A stretch of 64,000 nt of DNA from assembly GCA_026936335.1 (NCBI GenBank), contig JAPMXV010000049.1, positions 534,656-598,655 on the forward strand, given 5' to 3'. The DNA is from Mantamonas sphyraenae STR306 (taxonomy: Eukaryota; Protista; CRuMs). The notes below the pieces were generated by a model. That model was not told the DNA's origin, made no database searches, and saw only the letters and a program-made list of their open reading frames with translations. A program made the translations under genes and the position numbers. Shown piece after piece: positions 26,358-37,277 of the stretch (positions are counted from its first letter, which is position 1; every line of letters starts with the position of its first letter).

Positions 26358-27843
26358 ATGAGCACGACGACAGGAGGGACCGACAACCTGCTGCCGCGAA
26401 TTCGCAAGATGGAGCGCAGCGCAGAGAAGCTGAAGAAGCAGGGCAAGAATCTGAAAGCGCTGGAAACACTGGAAAAGACGCTGTTGCTGAAGATGGAGCT
26501 GTACGACATCAGCAGCGACGCAGTGTGGGACACCTGCAAGAGCATTGCAGAGTTTTGCAACTCACTGGCCATTCTGTACATGAACAAAGGTATGAGGGAA
26601 AGGACGGGGATGGGTAGATGGCAGTTGAGGAAGAGGGCGGCCACTGACACTGGAACGTGGGCGCCGCGCACAGACAATCTGACGCTGTGCCACGAGCTTC
26701 TAAAGAAGGCCCTGATCCTGACGGAGAACCAGGGCTGGAGCTCGCTGTCTGATACGATGCGGCTCAAGGTGCGGGCTGTGACATACAACAATATTGCGTG
26801 TGCCTGCCAACGGTAGGTGGAAGTGTGTTTTCGACCGTTGCCAATGCGCGGAGTGAGCGCGTGTGGGCTATGGGACGCAGGACTGAGGAGAGAAAGTGGA
26901 TGTGGCTGTGGCCAAGAGATGTGTGCAGATGCTGAGGGGGGCGTATGGGTGTGTAGATGTGCTGTGTGTGGCGCAAGAGGACACGGAAACACTGACGCGT
27001 TGAACGGAACGGACCTCGCAGGCAAGCAAACTTCCACACGGCACTGAAGAATCTGGAACGTGCGCTACGCATCGAAGCGCAGCTGGACTCGCTGGCCGAG
27101 TCGTCGGGGACACATTTGAACATGTGTGCAATCCTGTCGCATCTGGGAAGGTGAGATGAAAGGCCCGGTGACGCTTGTGCAACAAGCATGTACTTACACA
27201 CGCAAGCACACACTTGCATTACGCACACAGGCACGAGGACGCGTTGGAGCATGCCAAGGCGTCTGTGATGTTGCTTTTGGAGTTGGAGAAAGACATTGAG
27301 GCGCGCAAGGCGGAACGGCCTGACGACGAGGAGGAGGACGAGGACGACAAGCAGGAGGAAACTGTGATGTTGCGCAACAAGGTGGCGGCGTACTATAACA
27401 TGGGGGCGGAACTGGAGCACCTGCAACGGTTCCGGGAAGCGTTGGATGCGTACGCAGAGGCGCAAAAGGTGAGCCACATGGCGTACGGCGGCAAGTCGGA
27501 TATGACGAAGCAGATGAAGGAGGCGCACCAGGCGGCGGAACAGAGTTATCAAACATGGACAAAGAACAAACTGTCACGTCTGCAAAAGACGAGGGGCAAG
27601 ATGGCGGCAGTGGCGGCAGTGGCTGAGGTGGGCGCAAACTTGTCGCAAGGCAAAAAGAAGAAGAAGGGCAAGAAGAAGGGACGTCGCAAGCCTCAGGTGA
27701 AGTATGACGCCGAGGACGACGAGGTGGACCGCATGATCGCAGCCGAGGCCGCGGCGGCAGAGCGGAAGAAAGGCAAGCTCAAAGAGGCCGACTTGGGTGA
27801 CTTTGACGCAACGGACATCGAGGAGGACATTGGAGCGCCGTAG
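26358..27843 (+). CDS. Multi-exon TPR-repeat protein
   Basis: TPR-like helices (AVTYNNIAC, THLNMCAILSHLG, AAYYNMGAELEHL) in several short exons with GT-AG introns; basic/acidic tail. Confidence 0.75.
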
Positions 27844-27899
27844 CGGAGAGGTGTGGACCATGGAAGACATGAATCGCTTTGATACAGGGGTTTGCAAAT

Positions 27900-28535
27900 G
27901 CGCGCGCCCTCTGCAGCCTGGTCCTGGATTGGATCCATACGTCGTCCAATGAAGTGCGTTGTCCGATTCTATGCCATGACTGGCAATTGGTTGATGTTGC
28001 CCTTGTCATTGACCCTTTTGGGCGCCACTGGGCGAGATCTGCTGTGCACTCAGGTCAGAAAACCCATCAGCATGTTTTCACAGTCCGACATGTCTCGATC
28101 CTTGATGCTTGGCGATCCAGAAAACACGCTGAAGAGTTGCAAGGAATGCCGCGCCCCGTGTATGGTCGCTGCAGGACATACTTCGGTGCAGCTGGTTGTC
28201 GCCCAAAGTTTTCTGGTCGTTTGGTTGTCGTCTGCTCCGCGACTGTGGCTTGGGACTAGCTCCAACATCGTATGTGGCAGCTTCACACCTTGAATTGCCT
28301 TGCGCTGGGGTGCATGTGCGCTGCGAAATGGAACCGATCTGTGTCTCCCAACAAAACGATGTACAGGGACAAACAAACGTGCACCGCCAACTAAATGTTG
28401 CTGTGCACAAGTAAGAGCCCATCAACAGTTTGCCAGTATATTCCACCGGGGAAACGAAACACAGCACTGGAGCAACTGGGATCCGGGATGATTGTGTAGC
28501 TTTCGTTAGATGCTGCTCATCCAGGCCAATCGAGG
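27900..28535 (+). ncRNA. Candidate large structured non-coding RNA upstream of the Fanzor-like gene
   Basis: The intergenic gap is about 790 bp, against the usual <200 bp, and has no credible ORF. Nested stems: 27979-27996/28420-28437, 28045-53/28305-14, 28079-85/28241-47, 28086-90/28226-30, 28117-25/28208-16, plus local hairpins. G-U pairs favour the + strand. Confidence 0.45.
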
Positions 28536-28631
28536 CACACACGGGGGTTTGACCACTTCCTCACACGCCTACCACGTCTCACGTCTGATCTGCCTCTTCA
28601 TTGACACCCTCCACCTCGTACAACCCAAAAC

Positions 28632-31600
28632 ATGGTGCTATTGCAACACGTCAAGCCATCGCGACAAAGGCGGCGAAAGCTGCACAGCCTGGCACGGACC
28701 ATGCGTGGTGTCCCACGTGTTAAATCTGCCGTAGCCGACCTTGACCACGTCGAGACAATCCAGGGGGTACACTACTGGCGGATTCACCTGGAACTCGCCG
28801 AAGCTCTTGATCATGAGCTGGACACCCTGCCTGGGTTTTCGCGGAGGTATCTGCGTGTCAACCCAAAGGCATCCAAGACTCAGTTGCGCGACGACGTCAT
28901 GAAGAAGTCCAAGAGTGTCAAAACAACGCGTCTAGTGGAAGCGGTTGTTGGTGGATTGGCCCAAGCCAGCGCGCAAGACATGGAGGAGGAGGACAATGAC
29001 GAGAGCGCGGGCGAGGGGGCGGCTGTGGACGACCACATGGATGTCGAGGACAATGAGGTGGAGGCAGGTGTGTCTGAAGACAACATGGTCTTGATCGACA
29101 TCGGTGACCAAGGAGAAGAGGCACAACCACGGCTTGTTGATGGCACTCCGACTACGACAATCAAAACCATCCACATTGCATGGGACATGGGATACAGGTG
29201 TGAGTGTGTGCGTGCTGGCTGGGAGCCGCACCAGCTGCAGAAGATTTTTTGTGTGTTTCTCAGAAGACCCTCCCCCCACACACAACTCACACGCGCCTCG
29301 CTGCTCGCCAACACAGACTACGCAGACCACCTCTTTACCTCAAGCAGAACAGAGGCCATCCGAGCAAAGTGCAAGGCGGCCGCCAGACGCATGGCAGGTG
29401 AGGTGGCGGAGTTCGAAAATCAGCTCTCACTCCCCGACTCGGTGGTTGTGAGTATTGGCGTATATGTGGACTCCCACGCATCCATGTTCGAAGACGAGTA
29501 TGAGCCAAAGCGGATTCCCCACCTGTGGGACGCGGTGCAGCGAATGTGCGACGCAGCCGCGGGCGGGAAGAAGGTGCGGTTGATGCGTCCCTCTCTCACC
29601 ACCCCCGCCCCCCCCCCCAGCTGACACCTCCTCCTCCGGATGCATGGATGCAGATGCCGATGCGCAAGGATGACGTTTACGACATCCTTGCGGAAGAGCT
29701 GGCGACCGAGTTTGCCAGTGTGAATCTCCCGATTGCCGTTACAATTCACCACACTCAAGGACAATCTGCGGATGCAATGATCGCTAGTGAGTACTCAAAG
29801 TACACCAAGGACGATCTGATGGTGGTGGTTGGGGAAGACAGTGATCTGTACTACCTCCTGCCACATGCGGATGCCAAACTGGCGGTGTTCAATCCCGGCC
29901 TGGAGCTGACCACACTCACCGACCAAGATGCCCGGGCTGTCGCTGCACGCACTGCTCTGTACGCGCGACGGGGTGACATCTGCTCATCCTGGCTCGCCCT
30001 GCCTCTGTCCCTGGCGAGAAAGGCAGCAGAAACCGATCAGGTGCTCGATGTAGCGAGGCTGCGGTCGAATCCAAAGGAGTTCTTCCTCTCGTTCCTCGCC
30101 CTGCGTACCCGTGGTACATACACGTATCTGGACGATCATGTTGCAGATGCCCAGGATGAAGACTGGCAACTGTGGAGCAGGAGGTTGGAGCGTGGCGCCG
30201 ACCAACTCGGGGTGGTGGTCGCCGACAAGGAGGACGAGGAGGATGTGATGGTGCTGGAGATGGATGGCGAACGAGCAGTGGAGGAGATCCAGGTAGAGGT
30301 GGATGGCGAAGGAGAAGTGGAGGAGATTGAGGTAGAGATGGGTGGAGAAGTGGAGATTGAGCAGGAGGTGATGGTGCTGGACGACGCGGTTCCGGCGTCG
30401 TCCACGGAGGACAAGCTTCGCAAGGTGAAGGAGAAAGAATGGGTGGCGCTGTGGAACATCATCCAGCCGCTCAAGGCGTCCAGCAAGCAGCTGAAGCACG
30501 TCGTCAAGGCCAGGGTCAACTTTGGTCCCACGGTCCGACTCAAAGACCTGAAACTCGCTGCTGATCACGTCGCCTCCAAGGTATCTACGTACACGCTGTT
30601 GGTCCATGACGATGACCTCCTCATCCGCGACAACCTTGGCAACATCCACGTCGATGGAAAGCTGTGGAGGATGTTTGAAAAGAAAGTCTTCGTTGTGCTG
30701 CGACAACCTGGCGGACGACGAGGACGGCGACGCGGGGGGAAACGCCATCGCCGCGGGGATGGACGTAAGCGCAAGGTCAAGGTTAAACACTTGCACTCAA
30801 CGTCACTGGAGACGTCGCGCATGCTCACCCTGGAACCGCCCAGCGACACGCCCAGCGACATGCACGGCATGGTCACCACGGAGGGATGTGCAGGAGACCA
30901 CATGGACAGCGAGGAAAGCGATTCCACCCACGTCGCCCACTTCTTCGTCGGTGATGATGAAACTGCGGGTGACGACGAACGCCTACTGGCACAAGGCAAC
31001 GCGCATGACTGTTCACCCCAGCACGTCCAAGACATCGTCAACAGCCTCTCAGACCACCCCATCTATGGTCAAATGGCCCTGAGGATCACTTTGGAGAGCT
31101 GCTCGCATCCTGAAGTCCTCAATTTCCAGGTCGTTCACGTCGAGGTCCTTGGATTCGGGTTCGACGGGGTCAAAGTACGGGTGGACGACCGTCAGTACCT
31201 TGTCCCGTACGAGCTCGTCTATGATTCGCTGGCAGAAGCGTCCATGGCTCGCAACGGGACCTCCCTGGAGCCCTGGTGGTGCTCCGAGGGCGTTCTTGTG
31301 GGTGATCGGCTTGTGCTCAAGCCAAGCTTTGTGGAAGGGGCCACACACAACGTGTGTCTCTCGACAGCACGGCTGGGCACGCGTGTTCCCGGCCTGGTGT
31401 GGAATCGCGACGACGATGCCTCCGTGCTTTCCATCCTTGTCGGTGACGGAGACCGCATGGTGGTTTTGCCAGTGGCTGAACAGATGCCTCTGTACACCTC
31501 TGTGGATGTGCAGGTCACAACAGAGCCGCGTGCAGGTGGATATCCCGGGATGAGGGTGTCTCGACAACATTTTCCAGACGCCGTGGCACGCTCACTGGAC

Positions 31601-34600
31601 ACACAGGGCGTGGTGAACAACGGCGACACCATCATGCTCCACATGAATGCCAAAGGCAAGTGGTCTTTGGCACCAGAAGGCCTTTCACCGAGCGTTGAGA
31701 TCAACGTGATTGGAGAGCCGCCCGCCGCCGACACTGAAGCCGAAGCCGATGCAGTCGTTGTCTACGTTGACGGTGAAGGCACAGCACACGTGGTCTTTGC
31801 TGAAGACGTGGGCGTGTATGTGGCCAGCAATGTGGAGGAGCTGGCCGGGAACCAAGGAACAGGCACTGTGGTGGACGTGGTCCACAATCATGCGGTTTTG
31901 GACTGTAACTTTGGTGGCAAACACGCATTTGCCATCGGTGGCAAGGCAGAAATCGGCGACAACGTGGACGTGCTCGGCATCTCGGTGGTTGAGGGCTGGC
32001 TTGTGGTGGAACTGGGTGTCGACACACACTCCGTGCCGGTGGTGACGGAGGGTGCGAAACTGTCCGTGTACGGTCGGCCGGGGACCACGGACGAAGAGAA
32101 GCTGATGACGGGTGTGGCGCACGCTATATGCAGGCGTGCACAGAGTGGGCACCGACAGGAGGTTGTGGACGAGGTCACAAACAAGCAAGCTTGGACTAGG
32201 GACATCGAGCAACAAAAGGCCGTGGCACAGGCAGAGGAAGCGCGAGATGTTCTAGACAAGCATATCCCAGTGAGCATACTGAGTCAACTCAGTCTGTCCG
32301 AAGATGAGCTCGCCGCTGGCCAGCGCGAGTTTTTGGCAACGCCCACGGGCCCGCAGTTTGCGGACAAGGCTTCGTTCGGCTTTGAGTTATCGCCGCACAC
32401 GCTGACGCTGCCAAAGAAAGCGCGTTCTAAGGCACCACAACGGCTGGCGGTCCTGCAGGCCTACGGAGAGAGAAGCAACGCCATCCTTCGGTGCATGAAC
32501 GAGCTGCTGGTGTTCAGCCTGCGTCACAGTTGCGTGGATGAGCATGATGGCGACAGTGCAACACGATCACGTGCACAACGAAGGGTCACTGCCAACAGCA
32601 CGTCCCACTTTGAGAACAGCGATGAGGACAGCGACGGGTGGGATGTCGCTGCTACCGACACTGAGGAGGACGAATACGTTCCCGACGAAGAGGACGACGA
32701 AGAGGACGACGACGACGTCATCGTCACTGAGGTGATCACAGAGCTGGACACAGGGAACTGGTACGAGGCGAAGGATAGGATCGAGGCTTTGGCCAAACAG
32801 CTGGCGTGTCTGCTTTGTGACACCGACACGGACAACTCCTTCCTTGTCCTGAGAAAGGGCGAGAGCGACACGTGGCTTCGACAACCGCACGAGTTTGTTC
32901 TGTGTGTGCGGCGCATCCAGCGGCAGGATCACGTCCTGTGCGACCTGCGCAAACTGCATCACCAGCACGAACCGGTGGGCTCCCTTCTTTCCACATGTTC
33001 ACTGTACCATCAACAGTTGACAGTCAGCTTCATGGGTGACCTGCAGGGGTATTGCACACGCTTCCAACAGCGTTCTGCCCTGGCACAGTTGTTTGCGGAC
33101 GTCAAGGGGCTGCGTCGCATGACGGTGGTCGAAATTCTGAGCGACATCCTGGACAAAGACGCGTACGTGGTTAACAAAGCGCTGCGGAACAACCAGGTGA
33201 AGATGCAACGTGCGGAGGAACTGGAAGCAGCCACCGTCAAGATCCGCAAGGCCGAGCTACACCAGCGTCTGCAGGAGGAGAGGGTGCTGCTCAACTCGGC
33301 TTTGCTGGGAGGCAAGGACGAGGGTGAAGACCAGCCCTGTGACAGCGCCACCTTGTTGCGCGTGGCTACCGCGCTGCGAAACGGGGAGGTAACTGGCCTG
33401 CCCAATACGGCACGCTCACTTACGGCCGCGGTCCACATCTCACCCACCATGCAGCGCATCCTGATTGCCAGAACAAGCTGGAACGACAATGACCCGGACA
33501 TGCAGCAGGCCCAGAAAAGATTGCGAGGCATCAAGCGCGTCGATGATGCGCACAAGGCTCTGACCGAGTGGGAGGAGAAGCCACAAACCCTGAGTGACCT
33601 GATTGCAAGGTACAAACAGTACGACGTGTTTGGGGACGAGGTCCAGAAGGGGGAGGAGAAGACGTGGGTGCCGGCCATGTGCTTGCTCCTCGCTCCGCAA
33701 CTCGCCCATCTGGCCAAGAGGCAGCTTGCTACAATCACGGGCACACTCACCATGTGTGGGCCCGTGATCAAGGTTCTCCGGTGGCATCGCAAAGACGTCG
33801 TGCAGCAGATCAACGGGTTCTGGCACAGTTTGGGCAAGCGTTCCACGTACAGCGCCCTTGAGCTCCTGCAACCAGAATCCAGATCTGCCGCCTATGCAAT
33901 GGTAAAAAAAGAAGGGCAGATGACCGCGTTGACGGCTTTCCTGTGCATCAAGAGGCTAGCACACCTGGTGGGGAAGCAAGCAGCTGCAAAGCTGGTCGTC
34001 GATTCTCTCGATGCAACCGATGCAGACAACCTCACTGCAGAGGAATGGCTGCGGCGCGTCGAAGACTCTGGCGTTACGCTGCCAAACCGTGGGGACGAGG
34101 CGCGCGGGAAGGTACACTACGCGCGCCTGCGTGCCCCTTTGAACGCTGAGGAAGCGCACCACACTCGCATTGCCCTGATGAATCTCAACCTGGCGCTGGT
34201 GGACCCTGGATCGTTCAAACATCACGTCATGGTGCTGCAGCTGGACTCTATGTGCAAGTACGAGAGTGACGGATTGCACCGCGTGGGACGATACTGGCGT
34301 GTACCGACGCTTCCCCACCACAAACGCCGTGAAGAGGAACAAACAGGCAGCGCCCAGCGACACACAATGCAACAAGGTGAGATGGACGGTGAGCTGGACA
34401 AAGTGCACCGCACGTGGAAACACCGGGACACTGATCAACTGCTGGCCAATTGTCGGCGAGGTCTTGGACGCGAACGGCAAGTGATGTTCATTGTTGGGCA
34501 GGCTACTTGGAGTGGCAACAACGGAGGGTTCCGTGGCATGGTGAAGGAACTGGCGAGGCACACGCTGGTGCTGGAGGTGAACGAACACCTGACATCACAG

Positions 34601-34885
34601 CAGCACAGCGTGTGTGGGCAACAGACAAGCTATGTGCCAGAGATGGGGTCATTCAAGCCGCATGGGAGAACCAAGCGCTGTACGTGTGCAGCAATGGGTG
34701 TGCAAGCACCCTTCCGCTCGATGGGTGGTTTGATGCGAGATGCGTTGGCCACTTTTGCAGCTACCCAGGACAGTGGGCGCTGCATGGACAGAGACGAGAA
34801 CGCTGCGTTGAACATCGGACTGGTGGGACTGTCGTATTGTTTGATTGGCGTCCGACCTGCGTACTTGCAGAGGAAGGGCCAGTGA
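28632..34885 (+). CDS. Giant (about 2,020 aa) Fanzor1/TnpB-family RuvC protein with N-terminal FEN1/XPG-like PIN domain
   Basis: Exons 28632-29199, 29317-29573, 29621 (or 29654)-34885. RuvC-I LALVDPG (D 34202), FIVGQATW, LEVNEHLTSQ (E 34583), Zn-ribbon HxxC...CxC, RuvC-III DRDENAALNI (D 34793), tail GVRPAYLQR. PIN-like motifs IAWD, VYVD...PKR, SADAMIA, VVGEDSDL. Confidence 0.85.
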
Positions 34886-35060
34886 CCGCGCAACGACCAT
34901 TCGATCAACACCGCAAAAACACGAACTCGTAGCACCGAGTTCAACATATACTGCCGTAAGAGAGCGGTCAGCTCTCTTACATCCATCCATACCCTAATGC
35001 TATGGTATCTGCAGTTCGCCTAGCGCGCGCTGTAGAGAAATTGGCAGTAAATGTTTGTTT
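34886..35060 (+). ncRNA. Candidate omegaRNA scaffold of the Fanzor-like protein
   Basis: Directly 3' of the stop. Hairpin 34923-34942; closing stem 34943-55/35043-55 (12 of 13 bp) enclosing hairpins 34956-80 (perfect 10 bp), 34987-35005 and 35008-36. Confidence 0.65.
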
Positions 35061-35064
35061 TGGT

Positions 35065-37277
35065 TCACTTGCTGGACCCTGAGGAGTTGCTCGCAGCCCA
35101 TGTCTCTTCGCTGACGAGGAGACGAGAGGCAATGAGGTGCTCGACCTTGAGGTTGCAAGGCTGTTGGAGCCAGGGCTCGCCATCGACTTGCATGGGAATG
35201 CCCTGGTCGACCTTCCACTGGATTTCCATGTCGGAGGCCTGGCCGAGACGAAGCGGGGTGCCGAGACCGCTCTTGATGGTGGCGAGATGAGCACTGCTCT
35301 TGACGGCAACGACTTCAAAGATGCCGTCGCTGAAGGACTGCGGGTAGTAGCCATCCTTCTCCTTGGGAGTGCCCCACATGTTGGTACCGCCGGCCCAGCT
35401 CTGAAGGTTGACAACCACAATGCCCTCGTAGCCTTCGGGAATCTCCTTTTCGACGCCGTTCAGCTTGAGGCTGATGGCCGAACCGATGTCTGTGCCACCT
35501 TCAACGGCAGCCTTGAGGCCGTAGTGGCCGTACCAGACGTACTTGTTGACGGCGCGACTCTTGAAAAGGTGCGGGGCACTCTCGCGCTTGTTGTGGAAGC
35601 CCAGTGCGACCTGAGCCTCGACGCCGATGGAAAAATAGTTGTTCATGACGGCCTCCTTCTCGAGATGGCCCATGTCGCCGGTCTCTGGAGAAAACGGGGT
35701 AAAGGCAAGGGACCAGCGGTCGAGGGGCATGTCCTTTGCTTGGAGAACGCGCTCCAGGATGCCTTCAAGGTCTTCGCCTTCATAACCACCACCCCATCCA
35801 ATAGCGCGTGCGAGGTCGTTGCCTGTGCCGAGCGGGAGGACGGCAACGGGAAAGTCAAAGTCGTCGCGTTTGTCGATCTCGGAAAGGACCCAGGCAACGG
35901 TGCCATCACCACCTGCAACGAGGACGCGGACGCCCGGCACGTCCTTGTAGAGATCGAGGCCATGGACGGGGCCACAGTCGTCAATCATGTCAAAGACTTG
36001 ATTCTTGTTGAGGAGCCTGCGGAACTTGCCCAGAAGGCCTGAACCTTGCTGTCCGCCGGACTTTGAGTTGATGAATGCAACGATGGGGGAAGCATTCTCC
36101 GGGGGAGTGATGCGCATGACGCGCTTTACGTTGATGGCAGCATCCTCGGAGGCAGAGTCTGGTACGTCTGTTGAGTCTTCGTCAACGTTGAGTTGTTTTG
36201 GCTTTGGGTCGTCGATGCCGCTACTGCTGTTGCTTGCGGCGGCAGCCTCTGCAGCCTCTGCAGCGACGGCAGCTTCTTCTTCGGCAACGGCAGCAGCGAG
36301 CTCTGTGTCTTCGACGCCGTTGTCGTTTGCATCTGCAGCGGGTTCTGCTTCCGGGAAGGCGAGCTCAGCGAGCTCGTCAACGGTTGCGACAGTGTCACTG
36401 GGCGGATTTCCCCAGGCAACCTTGCGCCATCCGATCTGGGTGAAGCCTTCGGGCGGGATGATGGCGGACTTGAGGACGGGCGAACACGGGTTTTCTTGCA
36501 CAAACTCGTCGCGACAACGATCGTGTGTCTGCGGAGGAGGAGGGAGGTGACATGGGTGGGGGGATGCGATTCGGTGTAGGAAGGTTAGGTGGTGTGCGGT
36601 GGTGGTGTGTGCGTGCTGTGCGCTGTGCGCTGTTGGACACGTGTGTGTGTGTTTTTGAGGTTGTGACGTACCGCACAATTACACCAAGAGCAGCGCCAGC
36701 CGACAAGGCCAGTCCCCTGGATCATCTTTCCGCAGTGATCGCAATGGGTGTTGACGTCGGTATTGCCTTGAAGCCAGTGGTGGGAGAGGACCTGAAGTGG
36801 GACAAAGGGCGAGGGAACGAAGGCGCCGAGTCAGAGGGAGGCGGTCGAAGAAAAGCGTAAAGGGAAAGCCCTCTCTTCTTTGGCTCCGAGGGACTAGCAA
36901 GGGCAAGTCGGGAGAGAGGGACGGAGAAGAAGAAGCGATACGAGGGATCGACATACAGGCGACTCGTTGTCGGCGACGGGGGTGACGGTGGCCTGGATAG
37001 TCTGGCCACTTTCGTCGAGGTAGGTGGCGGTGGGGCGGCACGTCTCTGGGGCAGTGTCACGACACTTTTCGTGTGTCTTGTAGGCACAATCGGTGCAGCC
37101 GGCGCCTTGTTTGGCGAGGCCCCAGATGAATTGGCCACAGACGTTGCAGTGGGTAAACTTGCTAAAGGTCTCTGTCTGGAGAACGTGGGCCTCGCCCGTC
37201 CAAGGGCCAGGATCCTTGGTGCCGGCCAGCTTGTCTTGGTTGTCGCTGTTGTTGGAAGAAGAAGAAGAGGAGCTCAT
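35065..37277 (-). CDS. Diacylglycerol kinase with two C1 domains
   Basis: C1 domain (H...FTHCNVCGQFIWG...C..C...H..C), second C1 in a later exon, INSKSGG, AGGDGT, PLGTGNDLAR, NNYFSIG, QVDGEPW; spliced. Confidence 0.92.

Noticed and set aside
28130-28510. Calling the upstream structured region a group I intron, RNase P or SRP RNA
   Set aside because: Only short, partial word matches. No convincing P7 (GACUA/UAGUC), RNase P P4 or SRP helix 8 could be built by eye, so it is left as an unassigned structured RNA.
27879-28542. Short ORFs in the gap upstream of the Fanzor-like gene as a transposase
   Set aside because: No recognisable HUH, DDE or recombinase motifs, mostly non-ATG starts, and stops in all frames.
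34990-34998. ACCCTAA in a hairpin loop as a telomerase RNA template
   Set aside because: Only 7 nt, shorter than the roughly 1.5 repeats expected, and likely chance. The context fits an omegaRNA better.
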